Part shown: positions 8,750 through 17,105 of the stretch, piece by piece | Layout: every line of letters starts with the position of its first letter | How positions within the stretch are numbered: the stretch's first letter is position 1 | Origin: Selenomonas sp. | Lineage (GTDB): Bacteria; Bacillota; Negativicutes; Selenomonadales; Selenomonadaceae | Assembly (NCBI GenBank): GCA_003518745.1 | Contig: DOYB01000177.1 | Coordinates: 1 to 34,452 of the forward strand | DNA: 34,452 nucleotides | Direction of reading: 5' to 3' | Program-made: the position numbers and the translations under genes | Notes under the pieces: generated by a model | What the model was told of the DNA's origin: nothing | What the model saw: the letters and a program-made list of their open reading frames with translations, nothing else | Database searches by the model: none

Positions 8750-9616
8750 TTATTTCATCTGTGCGGCAACTTCGGCAGCAAAATCTTCCTGCTTCTTCTC
8801 GATGCCTTCACCAAGCTGATAACGGGTGAACTGGAGTACCTTCACGTCTCCAAGCACATCCTTCACAGTCTTTTCGGTATCCTTTACGAAAATCTGCTCG
8901 TTGAGGCAGACTTCCTTGTAGTACTTGTTGATACGGCCTTCAACCATCTTATCGACGATTTTCTCAGGCTTGCCTTCTTCCAGAGCCTGCTTGCGGAGGA
9001 CTTCCTTTTCATGTTCAAGATCCTCTGCCGCGACGCCACTGCGATCGACTGCTGTAGGATTAGCCGCCGCAATCTGCATGGCCACATCCTTGCCCAGCTC
9101 CTCAGAACCGCCGGTGAGCTCAACCAGAACGCCAATCTTTCCGCCCATGTGAATGTAGCTTGCGAGACGTCCCTCGGTCTGGTAACGCACGAAACGGCGA
9201 AGGGAAATCTTCTCTCCGATTGTGGCGGTAGCTTCGGTAATCAGCTCGGAAACCTTCTTGCCGTCAAGAACACTATCGTTGAGGGCATCAAGGTCAGCAG
9301 GCGCGGAAACGGCAATGTGCTCGGCAATCTTGCTCTCGAGGCTGCGGAACTGCTCATTGCCGGCAGCAAAGTCGGTTTCGCAGTTGATTTCTACCAAAAC
9401 ACCAGTCTTGGAATCTCCTGTCACATAAGCAGCAACAGCGCCCTCTGCGGCAATACGGCCGGCCTTCTTCTCAGCCTTTGCGATTCCCTTTTCACGAAGA
9501 TAATCTATAGCCTTCTGCATATCACCATCAGTTTCGGTGAGAGCCTTCTTGCAGTCCATCATGCCTGCGCCTGTTTTCTCGCGCAGGTCCTTTACCATTG
9601 CAGCTGAAATAGCCAT
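8750..9616 (-). CDS. tsf: Translation elongation factor Ts
   Basis: [29 protein letters not shown]-like N-terminus; typical length of 288 aa; immediately downstream of rpsB. Confidence 0.97.
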   Translation of the reverse strand: MAISAAMVKDLREKTGAGMMDCKKALTETDGDMQKAIDYLREKGIAKAEKKAGRIAAEGAVAAYVTGDSKTGVLVEINCETDFAAGNEQFRSLESKIAEHIAVSAPADLDALNDSVLDGKKVSELITEATATIGEKISLRRFVRYQTEGRLASYIHMGGKIGVLVELTGGSEELGKDVAMQIAAANPTAVDRSGVAAEDLEHEKEVLRKQALEEGKPEKIVDKMVEGRINKYYKEVCLNEQIFVKDTEKTVKDVLGDVKVLQFTRYQLGEGIEKKQEDFAAEVAAQMK

Positions 9617-9646
9617 ATTTTATTTCCTCCCCAAATTCAACCGTAA

Positions 9647-10372
9647 TTAAGCTTCTTCTGTGTCCTCAGCAGACTCGTCCTCAACGTCCTGTCCCTGACG
9701 GCCTTCCAGAACAGCATCGGCCATACGCCCGGTGAGAAGCTTGACGGCGCGGATGGCGTCATCATTTCCGGGGATTACATAGTCAATCTCGTCGGGATCG
9801 CAGTTTGTATCCACGATTGCCACAATGGGAATATTCATCTTGCGAGCCTCTGCCACGGCAATACGCTCCTTGCGGGGATCAACCACGAAGAGAGCTCCGG
9901 GCAGACGGTTCATTTCCTTGATACCGCCAAGGTATTTCTTCAAACGGTCCATCTCATGACGAAGCTGCATGACTTCCTTCTTGGTCAGCACATCGAAGGT
10001 TCCATCCTCTTCCATGGTCTCAAGTTCCTTAAGACGCACTATACGCTTCTGGATGGTCTGGAAATTGGTCATCATGCCGCCCAGCCAACGCTCGTTGACA
10101 TAGAACATGTTGGCGCGAAGGGCCTCTTCCTTGACGGCTTCCTGAGCCTGCTTCTTTGTACCCACGAAGAGTACGGACTTGCCTTCCTCAGCTACACTGC
10201 GAAGGAAGTTGTAGGCCTCGTCCACCTTACGCACGGTCTTCTGGAGATCGATGATGTAGATACCATTGCGCTCAGTGAAGATGTACTTAGCCATCTTAGG
10301 ATTCCAGCGCCTTGTCTGATGTCCGAAATGGACACCTGCCTCTAAAAGTTGTTTCATGGAAATCACTGCCAT
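9647..10372 (-). CDS. rpsB: 30S ribosomal protein S2
   Basis: [27 protein letters not shown]... is a canonical S2 N-terminus. It has an acidic C-terminal tail. Confidence 0.97.
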   Translation of the reverse strand: MAVISMKQLLEAGVHFGHQTRRWNPKMAKYIFTERNGIYIIDLQKTVRKVDEAYNFLRSVAEEGKSVLFVGTKKQAQEAVKEEALRANMFYVNERWLGGMMTNFQTIQKRIVRLKELETMEEDGTFDVLTKKEVMQLRHEMDRLKKYLGGIKEMNRLPGALFVVDPRKERIAVAEARKMNIPIVAIVDTNCDPDEIDYVIPGNDDAIRAVKLLTGRMADAVLEGRQGQDVEDESAEDTEEA

Positions 10373-10479
10373 GTTGGTGCACCTCCTGTTTTTTCTTCCG
10401 CGGTCTTCATCCGCTGCTTCACCGCAAATGCGGCACAGTACAGCACTCCGACCACGTGCTTTTTATTACACCAAAAGGC

Positions 10480-10508
10480 ATTATATCACAGACAAGGCCG
10501 GAATACAA
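10480..10508 (-). promoter_or_regulatory. Sigma-A type promoter for rpsB-tsf
   Basis: On the minus strand: TTGTAT (10508-10503), a 17-nt spacer, then TGATATAAT (extended -10; TATAAT at 10485-10480). This predicts a 5' UTR of about 100 nt. Confidence 0.6.
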
Positions 10509-10580
10509 ATGTTTTCTGGATGTAGGACGCTATTTTGCATTATATTTTGTTTTACTGTTGTTTTATGGCCGCTATCGTAA

Positions 10581-10607
10581 TTGACAGACAGGAAATATTG
10601 ATATAAC
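10581..10607 (+). promoter_or_regulatory. Possible promoter for the deacetylase gene
   Basis: TTGACA (10581-10586), a 15-nt spacer, then TGATATAAC (TATAAC at 10602-10607). The spacer is on the short side. Confidence 0.35.
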
Positions 10608-10639
10608 ATGTCAGTAAATGCGAAATTTGAGGAAAAGGG

Positions 10640-11497
10640 ATGAATTTTTTGCGAAGATTATTACGAAACTGCCTCATTGGAATTGCTGTTATCTTAGTAA
10701 TTGCTTTGTGTGTTATGGCATGGCTCTTCCACGGCAAGGGATCATCTGTGCCGGTCCTGAACTATCATCAGATAAATGATACGGCTAAAAACCCATTGAC
10801 TGTCAATGTTGAGCAATTTGACGCCCAGATGAAGTTCCTTTCGGAAAATGGATATCACACTATTACACCGGATGAAATGCTGGACGCATGGGAAAATGGT
10901 ACTGAGCTTCCCGAAAAACCGGTGGTCATCACCTTTGATGATGGATACGTAGACAATTTCAAGTATGCGTTCCCCGTTCTCCAGAAATATAATCTTAAGG
11001 CCACCATATTCCTGATTTCTGACTATCTGGAGGTTTATCCTAACTACGTTACCTGGGCTCAGGCCAAAACCATGCAGGATAGCGGCTTGATAAATTTTGA
11101 GAGCCACACATTGAATCATTCAAAATTGACTGAGCTTCAGTCCACGAGAGAGGTCCAGAATCAGTTGTTCGGCTCAAAGCAGGCCATTGAGTTCAAGCTG
11201 AATAACAGGGTGAAATACATAGCCTATCCCTGCGGTTCCTACGACCAGGATGTTATAAAGCTCACGGAAGAGGCCGGTTATCGTGGTGCTTTTACAGTCA
11301 ACTATGGGTGGGCTGACCCGGAGGAATCCCATTACGTTATGGACAGGGTTCCGATTTTCGGCAACAATGAGCACACGTTGATGCGCTTTAAGCTCAGACT
11401 TGTGTTTGCTCCTGTGGTTGCCCCTTTGAGCCGTATGCGTGAAGCATTGACGGATGGAGGCTTTACACGATTGGCAAGCTTCATACCGGTACCTTGA
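10640..11497 (+). CDS. Membrane-anchored polysaccharide deacetylase (NodB/CE4 family)
   Basis: N-terminal TM helix (LIGIAVILVIALCVMAWLF). VLNYHQI, ITFDDGY and ESHTLNH are NodB-type motifs. Confidence 0.85.
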   Translation: MNFLRRLLRNCLIGIAVILVIALCVMAWLFHGKGSSVPVLNYHQINDTAKNPLTVNVEQFDAQMKFLSENGYHTITPDEMLDAWENGTELPEKPVVITFDDGYVDNFKYAFPVLQKYNLKATIFLISDYLEVYPNYVTWAQAKTMQDSGLINFESHTLNHSKLTELQSTREVQNQLFGSKQAIEFKLNNRVKYIAYPCGSYDQDVIKLTEEAGYRGAFTVNYGWADPEESHYVMDRVPIFGNNEHTLMRFKLRLVFAPVVAPLSRMREALTDGGFTRLASFIPVP

Positions 11498-11522
11498 AAG
11501 TTTCGTGACAGTTAAATAATAT

Positions 11523-11565
11523 GAACGCCCCTGCTTGAGCCGTTGCTCAGACAGGGGCGTTTTGC
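11523..11565. terminator. Intrinsic terminator shared by the convergent deacetylase and aminopeptidase genes
   Basis: GAACGCCCCTG (11523-11533) pairs with CAGGGGCGTT (11552-11561), followed by TTTG. Confidence 0.7.
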
Positions 11566-11571
11566 TTGATA

Positions 11572-12804
11572 CTAAAAAGCGAAATTCCCATTTACGAATA
11601 CGGGAACCTCAGAGCCATCCTTCTTTATTCCGGTTATGGACAGATCTTCGGTACCCACCATGAAATCCTCATGGTTAAGGGAGTCGTTAAGTCCGCGCCG
11701 GATAAGTTCAACGGAATTCAGCTTTGAACCGTCTTTTATACAGGATGGGTATGCTTTTCCAAAGGCGAGGTGACAGGAGGCATTTTCATCGAAGAGGGTG
11801 TTGTAGAACAGCACGCCGCTTTTGGAGATGGGGGAGTCGTATTGCACCAGGGCAACCTCTCCAAGGTAGTTGGAACCGTCATCGGTTTCAAACAGCGCCT
11901 TTAGGTGTTCTTCGCCACGTTCTGCCGAATACTTCACCACACGTCCGTCTTTAAATTCCACACGGAACTTCTCTATGAGATTCCCCTGGTACACCAGCGG
12001 ACGGGAGGCGAATACCACGCCGTTTACGCCATCACGCTTAGGTGCTGTAAAGACCTCTTCAGTTGGCATGTTTGCCACGAAAAGCGTGCCATCTTCAGAG
12101 TATTCCGCGCCGCCTGCCCAAATATGTCCTTCCGGCAGCTCTATCACCAAATCCGTACCCAACGAATTTTGATAGTGAAGGGAGTGGAAATCATGTCCAT
12201 TAAGGAAATCCGCTGCCTTCGACAAGTTCTGTATGTGCCGCTTCCAGACCTCGACCGGATCATCTGCTCCTGAAATTCGCACGGATTGAAGTATTTCATC
12301 CCATAGCTTCTCTGCAGCCTGCTCCGGCGGAAGGTCAGGGAATACCTTTTTCGCCCAGCCCGCAGTTGGAACAGAGATAACGCACCAGGTGTTCCGGCTC
12401 TTCATAATGCGCTCGCGATACTCCACTAAGGCCATTCCGGCGGTTTTCTGGGCTGTCAGCAGGCGAGTGGGGGATATGCCATTGAAAATCTCGGGATCTC
12501 TGGCAGAAACGGAGAGGAAGGCAGCTCCTTCCTTGGCATAGTCCATGTAGAACCTGTAACGCCAGTCGGGAAACTCCTCAAAAACTTCTTCAGGCGCCTT
12601 TTCATATCTGAGCCGAGCAAACTTCTCATCGCTCCAGTTCATGACCACATCGTGAGCGCCGGCTTCATATGCTTCTGCGGCAGCGAATCTTGCGAATTCC
12701 GCGCATTCGATGGGGGAATTTATAATCAAGGTCTGTCCCTTTTGAATGTTGATTCCCGTTCTGACAGCAAGACGTGCCAGTTTAATCTGACTTTTTTTGT
12801 CCAC
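11572..12804 (-). CDS. Aminopeptidase, M29 family (PepS/AmpS-like)
   Basis: The 410-aa length and the N-terminus (LARLAVRTGINIQKGQTLIINSPIECAEFARFAAAEAYEAGA) are typical of AmpS/PepS aminopeptidases. Confidence 0.85.
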   Translation of the reverse strand: MDKKSQIKLARLAVRTGINIQKGQTLIINSPIECAEFARFAAAEAYEAGAHDVVMNWSDEKFARLRYEKAPEEVFEEFPDWRYRFYMDYAKEGAAFLSVSARDPEIFNGISPTRLLTAQKTAGMALVEYRERIMKSRNTWCVISVPTAGWAKKVFPDLPPEQAAEKLWDEILQSVRISGADDPVEVWKRHIQNLSKAADFLNGHDFHSLHYQNSLGTDLVIELPEGHIWAGGAEYSEDGTLFVANMPTEEVFTAPKRDGVNGVVFASRPLVYQGNLIEKFRVEFKDGRVVKYSAERGEEHLKALFETDDGSNYLGEVALVQYDSPISKSGVLFYNTLFDENASCHLAFGKAYPSCIKDGSKLNSVELIRRGLNDSLNHEDFMVGTEDLSITGIKKDGSEVPVFVNGNFAF

Positions 12805-12840
12805 AAGTCTTTCTCCCGTTCAAAATATAAATATCATTTA

Positions 12841-13284
12841 CTAAATCGAATCTGTGTCGAAGCACAATGTAACAGGGCCGTCATTTATGGAAGCCACCTT
12901 CATGTCTGCGCCGAACTCCCCATGTTCCACCGTAAAGCCCATATTTTCGCAGGTTTCCATGAATTTCTCATATAGAGGTATTGCCTTGTCCGGTTTCGCG
13001 GCATGTGAAAAACCGGGACGCCTGCTTTTCAGGTCCGCGTAGAGGGTAAACTGGGAGATAATCAGCAGAGCCCCATCCACATCTCGGAGACTCAGGTTCA
13101 TTTTTCCTTGGCTATCCTCGAAGACTCTGAGATTGCAGACCTTCTCCGCTAGACGTATCGCTTCGTGTTCTGAATCCTCGGGGCCGACTCCCAGAAGCAC
13201 CAAAAAACCCTTTTCGATTTTCCCCGTAACCTGTCCACCTATTTCCACCGATGCTTTGCTTACTCTTGTCACTACCGCACGCAC
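12841..13284 (-). CDS. dtd: D-aminoacyl-tRNA deacylase
   Basis: MRAVVTRVSKASVEI...GFLVLLGV...SQFTLYAD are hallmark Dtd motifs. The protein is 147 aa with a GTG start. Confidence 0.93.
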   Translation of the reverse strand: MRAVVTRVSKASVEIGGQVTGKIEKGFLVLLGVGPEDSEHEAIRLAEKVCNLRVFEDSQGKMNLSLRDVDGALLIISQFTLYADLKSRRPGFSHAAKPDKAIPLYEKFMETCENMGFTVEHGEFGADMKVASINDGPVTLCFDTDSI

Positions 13285-13299
13285 CTATTACCGGCCTCC

Positions 13300-14211
13300 T
13301 TATACGTCATCAAGAATCTGGTCGTAGATGAAGCCCTCTCTCACACCTGAATCACTGTAGATAATGGAGGAGCTTCCAAAACGTTTTGCAAGGACATCAG
13401 CTATTATAAGGCCGGGAATAAATGTCCTCAGACGATCGGGCACCGTCCGCATAAGAAGGATGCTGTCCTGTTGAGTGAGCTCATAGTCCCTTTGGAAACG
13501 ACGTATTATGTCCGGAATGCGTCTGGCCTCTATGCGCTTGTTTCGGCTTCTGAGACCGTACATTGAGTTATACAGGGCAACCGCGGCCTTAAACGTGCCT
13601 CCTATGCCGCAAATCTGGGCATGGGAAACAGCCTGGAACTCTCCTACAGCCGCTATCGTGACCTCAGCCTCCGCGCGCATATCATCACATTCCGCCGCGG
13701 AGGGGAGTATACCTGTGGAATATTTAGTATGGAATGCGAGAGAGCCGATTGGGAGACTGACCTTTGCTTCTATTTCACGATGTATAAAATAGACTATCTC
13801 AGTACTGCCTCCGCCAATATCGATTAGAAGGCCGGTGTCTTCCACCAGATTATGGGTTGCCCCTATGAAGTCAAAGATTGCTTCTTCATCACCTGTGAGA
13901 ATCCGCACACTGACACCGGTCCGCTGCTCAATCTCAAATACGGCTTCACGTCCGTTTTTTGAATTTCTCAAGGCGGCGGTGGTAAAGGCAGTGAATTCAG
14001 TGATATTGAAGCTATAGAGGAATTCCTTGAATTCCAGCAGAATCTCCACTGCTTTTTCAATGCCGCCTCTGGTCATGACACCGTTTTTTACATAGGAAGC
14101 AAGCCCCACAAGGTGTTTTTTCTTCATGACCATTTCTACCCGTTCGCCTTCCAGCTCATAAATAGCCATCCGTACGGTGTTGGACCCAATATCTATCATC
14201 CCATAGAGCAT
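13300..14211 (-). CDS. Ppx/GppA family phosphatase (ASKHA domains only, no C-terminal HD domain)
   Basis: IDIGSNTVRMAIYE and IDIGGGSTEI are ASKHA phosphate-binding motifs. The 303-aa length suggests a short-form Ppx/GppA. Confidence 0.85.
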   Translation of the reverse strand: MLYGMIDIGSNTVRMAIYELEGERVEMVMKKKHLVGLASYVKNGVMTRGGIEKAVEILLEFKEFLYSFNITEFTAFTTAALRNSKNGREAVFEIEQRTGVSVRILTGDEEAIFDFIGATHNLVEDTGLLIDIGGGSTEIVYFIHREIEAKVSLPIGSLAFHTKYSTGILPSAAECDDMRAEAEVTIAAVGEFQAVSHAQICGIGGTFKAAVALYNSMYGLRSRNKRIEARRIPDIIRRFQRDYELTQQDSILLMRTVPDRLRTFIPGLIIADVLAKRFGSSSIIYSDSGVREGFIYDQILDDV

Positions 14212-14303
14212 AAGCTTCCTCCCTTCTGATCGTATCTTATGAACCTCTGACTGAAATCGGCCAGATGATTCCTTGCTTCTGCTTCAGGATCGTAAATTGA
14301 AAT

Positions 14304-14335
14304 AGAGACGCGGTATGGGGTTCGACCGCGCCTCT
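14304..14335 (-). terminator. Probable intrinsic terminator after the PLP enzyme gene
   Basis: On the minus strand, AGAGGCGCGG pairs with CCGCGTCTCT (10 bp including one G-U). The following U-tract (ATTTCAATTT) is weak. Confidence 0.45.
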
Positions 14336-14343
14336 GTGGGATC

Positions 14344-15339
14344 CTATCTCTTCAGACCATGGCCTGTAATGGGAAGGACAACCTTGTAATTATCGGGTTT
14401 CCCTGCCTGGAAGTAGTTAAGGGCGCCTGCCAGTACCGCGGCAGAGGTGACCTCAACGTAGATTCCCCGGCTGCTCAGATACTGTTTTGCCTTAAGTATT
14501 TCCGTGTCTTTGACGGTGATTACATCGCCGTCACTGTTCTTGATGGCCTTCAGCATATCACTCATGCGCTTCGGTTTCTCAATCCTGATTCCATTGGCGA
14601 TGGTAACCCGTTTTGGGGTTTCGGGAAGACCATGGAAGGCCTCGTAAAGGGGAGCGCATTTGTCGCTCTGAACCGCCACGAAATGCGGCATACGCCCTAT
14701 TTCCTCGAAGCCATAATAGAGTCCCATGAGCATCGTTCCATTGCCCACCGGTATGAAAATGTAATCGGGAACATGGTCATCAAGCTGATGATACATTTCG
14801 TAGGCCATAGCCTTCATGCCTTCAAAGAAGAGGGGATTGTAGACATGGGAGGCATAATATGCGTCTCCAAGGTTCTGTTTTACGGCAGCACAGGCCTTCA
14901 TACGTCCGTCAGGAACCTTAACTATCTTAGCGCCATAGGCTTCAATCTGCTTGATGATTTCAGAGGACACATCGTCCGGTACATAAACAGTACAGTCCAT
15001 TTTTGCCGCGGCAGCGTAAGCGGCAATGGCAGAACCCGCGTTGCCGGCTGAATCCAGCATTATCTTATTGATGCCAAGATGATGGAGCTCATTGATAAGG
15101 GTATATGCGCCGCGGTCCTTGAAGGAGCCGGTGGGCTGCATGCTCTCCATCTTGAGCAGGAAATCCAGTTTCCCTACATCGAATTTCAGAAGAGGCGTTT
15201 CATGCTCGCCAAGGGTAATCTCATGCACAGGCTCGTCCTTGTCGGACTTGTGCAGCTGGAACATTCCTCCGCATTCGCACATATAAAAGCGGCTGTTAAG
15301 GGGATATTGCTTCTTGCATTTTTCACAGTAAAAATACAT
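14344..15339 (-). CDS. Threonine-synthase-like fold-type-II PLP enzyme with N-terminal 4-Cys zinc ribbon
   Basis: The PLP-lysine motif SFKDRG is present, and the N-terminus reads YCEKCKKQY...CECGG. I favour the ATG at 15339 because GAGGAGGG lies 8 nt upstream. The ORF track extends to 15396. Confidence 0.8.
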   Translation of the reverse strand: MYFYCEKCKKQYPLNSRFYMCECGGMFQLHKSDKDEPVHEITLGEHETPLLKFDVGKLDFLLKMESMQPTGSFKDRGAYTLINELHHLGINKIMLDSAGNAGSAIAAYAAAAKMDCTVYVPDDVSSEIIKQIEAYGAKIVKVPDGRMKACAAVKQNLGDAYYASHVYNPLFFEGMKAMAYEMYHQLDDHVPDYIFIPVGNGTMLMGLYYGFEEIGRMPHFVAVQSDKCAPLYEAFHGLPETPKRVTIANGIRIEKPKRMSDMLKAIKNSDGDVITVKDTEILKAKQYLSSRGIYVEVTSAAVLAGALNYFQAGKPDNYKVVLPITGHGLKR

Positions 15340-15477
15340 AGTGTCTGCCCTCCTCAAAGGTTCATCGAAAGACCATTTTTTGTATATATTCGTCACATTT
15401 CTGTTTTTTCCTTTTATTTTAAATAATATTACAATAAAAATCTAATGGATATTTCTAAAACCGTTTTCGTCACGACA

Positions 15478-15509
15478 GAAAAAAATAAGCTGCCGCGGCT
15501 GCGGCAGCT
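15478..15509 (-). terminator. Intrinsic terminator of the secreted-protein operon
   Basis: On the minus strand, AGCTGCCGC-AGC-CGCGGCAGCT forms a GC-rich hairpin (15488-15509), followed by TATTTTTTT. Confidence 0.8.
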
Positions 15510-15514
15510 GTATG

Positions 15515-16444
15515 TCACTTTGATAAAGTAGTCTGGACACCGTATAGTACCTGATTAGATTTAGTCTGGATGTATACTTCGGTACCCGCGGGCAGGTCAA
15601 TATTTTTTCCGTTCACAAAAATGCCCGTGATTACGCCAAGGGGTCCAAGAAGCGCCATACCAACGATTGAAGCGCCTGCCGCCATGGCAAGTTGATTCAT
15701 TTCCTCTTTTGCTTCATCGCCTACAAAGGTATCAACGTAAGTGCCGTCGATAGCCTTTGTTTTCTTAAAGTCGACGATAACCTCAGCATCTCGGCCGAAA
15801 TTCTTGGCCTGGCGCACCTTAGTCACAGAGCCTTCACCGGGCTCGCCCTTTGCAAAAACGAGATTGCCATCCACTATGACATCATCAATAACCTTAAAGT
15901 GGATAGTATCGCCCACTCTGAGATTTTTGGCATTTACCGGATCCACCAGGGCAACCTTTATAAGGGTGTTCATGGGAACCTCGGTGGGGACCATGGGAAG
16001 CGTCGAGTTGCCAAAGGAAAGCTCAGAAAGGCTTGAAAGACGGGAGGTAAAGGTTCCGCCATCCGTCTTTCCCTGAAGCTCCAGCTCCAAATCAGTCACA
16101 CGCTGCTGAACAGACTTCATGCTGACCTCATGGGAAATATTCCATTCGATGGCGTTGATCTTAGCAAGCACAGAAGGGCCCGCCGCATTGTTGTATAGCT
16201 GGTCATAAATGGCATCAACCCTTGCCATAAGGCTGCCGTTCATATGGTTGCCATTGAAGTCTGTTTCAAGACGGCTGATTCTGTCCAGTAACGCGCCTGA
16301 CTGTTCATTGCCATAGGCATCTGCCTCAATTGCGGCAAGCTTGTCCTGAACTGTCTGGGGAATCGCTGCTGAGCATACGGTCAAGGGAGTCACAGCAAGC
16401 ATTGCGGCTAGCAGGGCGCTCAAACAACTTTTGTAGAACATCAT
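15515..16444 (-). CDS. Secreted or membrane-associated protein with about six 20-aa helical repeats and a glycine-rich C-terminal hydrophobic segment
   Basis: ATG 16444 is preceded by GAGGAG. Signal peptide MMFYKSCLSALLAAMLAVTPLTVCSAA. Repeats of the form L..R(I/V)..LE....G appear (LDRISRLETDFNGN, MARVDAIYDQLYNN, LAKINAIEWNISHE, QQRVTDLELELQGK, TSRLSSLSELSFGN). The C-terminal segment is MAAGASIVGMALLGPLGVITGIFV. Confidence 0.7.
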   Translation of the reverse strand: MMFYKSCLSALLAAMLAVTPLTVCSAAIPQTVQDKLAAIEADAYGNEQSGALLDRISRLETDFNGNHMNGSLMARVDAIYDQLYNNAAGPSVLAKINAIEWNISHEVSMKSVQQRVTDLELELQGKTDGGTFTSRLSSLSELSFGNSTLPMVPTEVPMNTLIKVALVDPVNAKNLRVGDTIHFKVIDDVIVDGNLVFAKGEPGEGSVTKVRQAKNFGRDAEVIVDFKKTKAIDGTYVDTFVGDEAKEEMNQLAMAAGASIVGMALLGPLGVITGIFVNGKNIDLPAGTEVYIQTKSNQVLYGVQTTLSK

Positions 16445-16445
16445 T

Positions 16446-16844
16446 CTATCTCCTCTCTGGGTAAAGAATATACTCAACTATCTGCTGCATCATTGAACTT
16501 GGACCGTAATAGTGTTCTATGGGTGAGCCCTCGTTATATTCAAGCAATTCCTTGGTATCATAGGCAAATACTTTAGAATAGGCTATCTGATAGGTGCTTT
16601 TTCCAAGGTCGAAATGCATGCAGTAAAGATACATGCGGTTAGATGAGCCTTTTACCACGGCAATATTCGCGTTAATGTAGTTATCTCCATATTCAACGGA
16701 ATTCAAATCCACATAATAACCTGTCTGACCCTCGGCATCAACAAAGTTCATACCGCTGACAGCGTAACAAGCTGAACTGGTATAGATTAAAAGTCCCAGA
16801 ATCAGTGGAAAGACCTTTATTAGTCCCAAACTTCTCATCATCAT
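16446..16844 (-). CDS. Small secreted protein of unknown function
   Basis: An ATGATGATG start cluster at 16844 follows RBS AAGGA. Signal peptide MMMRSLGLIKVFPLILGLLIYTSSACYA. The TAG stop lies 1 nt before the next ATG. Confidence 0.65.
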   Translation of the reverse strand: MMMRSLGLIKVFPLILGLLIYTSSACYAVSGMNFVDAEGQTGYYVDLNSVEYGDNYINANIAVVKGSSNRMYLYCMHFDLGKSTYQIAYSKVFAYDTKELLEYNEGSPIEHYYGPSSMMQQIVEYILYPERR

Positions 16845-16905
16845 ACTAATCCTTTCCAGAATATTAGGGGCAACCATAATTGAGATATCAAATAAATTCA
16901 GGTAC

Positions 16906-16934
16906 ATTATAAGGAAAATCCCGCTTTACGTCAA
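16906..16934 (-). promoter_or_regulatory. Strong sigma-A type promoter for the two secreted-protein genes
   Basis: On the minus strand: TTGACG (16934-16929), a 17-nt spacer, TATAAT (16911-16906). Confidence 0.65.
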
Positions 16935-16940
16935 CCGGAC

Positions 16941-17103
16941 TAGTGTAAGACCTCGTTCATATATGGACAAATGAATCGTTCGAGATGTAGTCATATGCTA
17001 GAAAGAGGAAGGCGGCGTAGCGGTGGCTACGCCAACTGACGATGACAACGCAGATGACTGCATATCGGGCGATTCATACAGATGTGAACGAGGGTTTACA
17101 CTA
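16941..17103 (+). ncRNA. Candidate structured small RNA of about 163 nt, rod-shaped with 6S-like architecture
   Basis: Closing stem 16942-16962 pairs with 17082-17102 (21 positions). Second stem 16971-16998 pairs with 17050-17077 (28 positions). A 15/16-nt bubble follows, then the terminal hairpin GGCGTAGC-GGTG-GCTACGCC (17014-17033). Of the 49 stem positions, 41 are Watson-Crick, 5 are G-U and 3 are mismatches. All 5 wobbles are G-U only when read on the + strand. TATTTT follows the 3' arm. Confidence 0.5.
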
Positions 17104-17105
17104 TT

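Noticed and set aside
8711-9607. 298-aa ORF on the + strand
   Set aside because: It lies entirely antisense to the unmistakable tsf gene. The translation is low-complexity and Leu-rich with no motifs. This is a typical shadow ORF.
14359-15051. 230-aa ORF on the + strand
   Set aside because: It is antisense to the PLP enzyme gene, has no RBS and no recognisable motifs. It is a shadow ORF.
16995-17039. 14-codon ORF (MLERGRRRSGGYAN) inside the long hairpin
   Set aside because: It has no RBS and lies within the paired and bubble region of the predicted RNA. It is too short and arbitrary to support.
16941-17103. Reading the long hairpin as SRP (4.5S) RNA, because it shares CAGAUGAC with E. coli 4.5S
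   Set aside because: The apical helix is a perfect 8-bp stem with a GGUG loop. It lacks the conserved domain IV symmetric and asymmetric loops and the GNRA tetraloop. The shared octamer is most likely coincidental.
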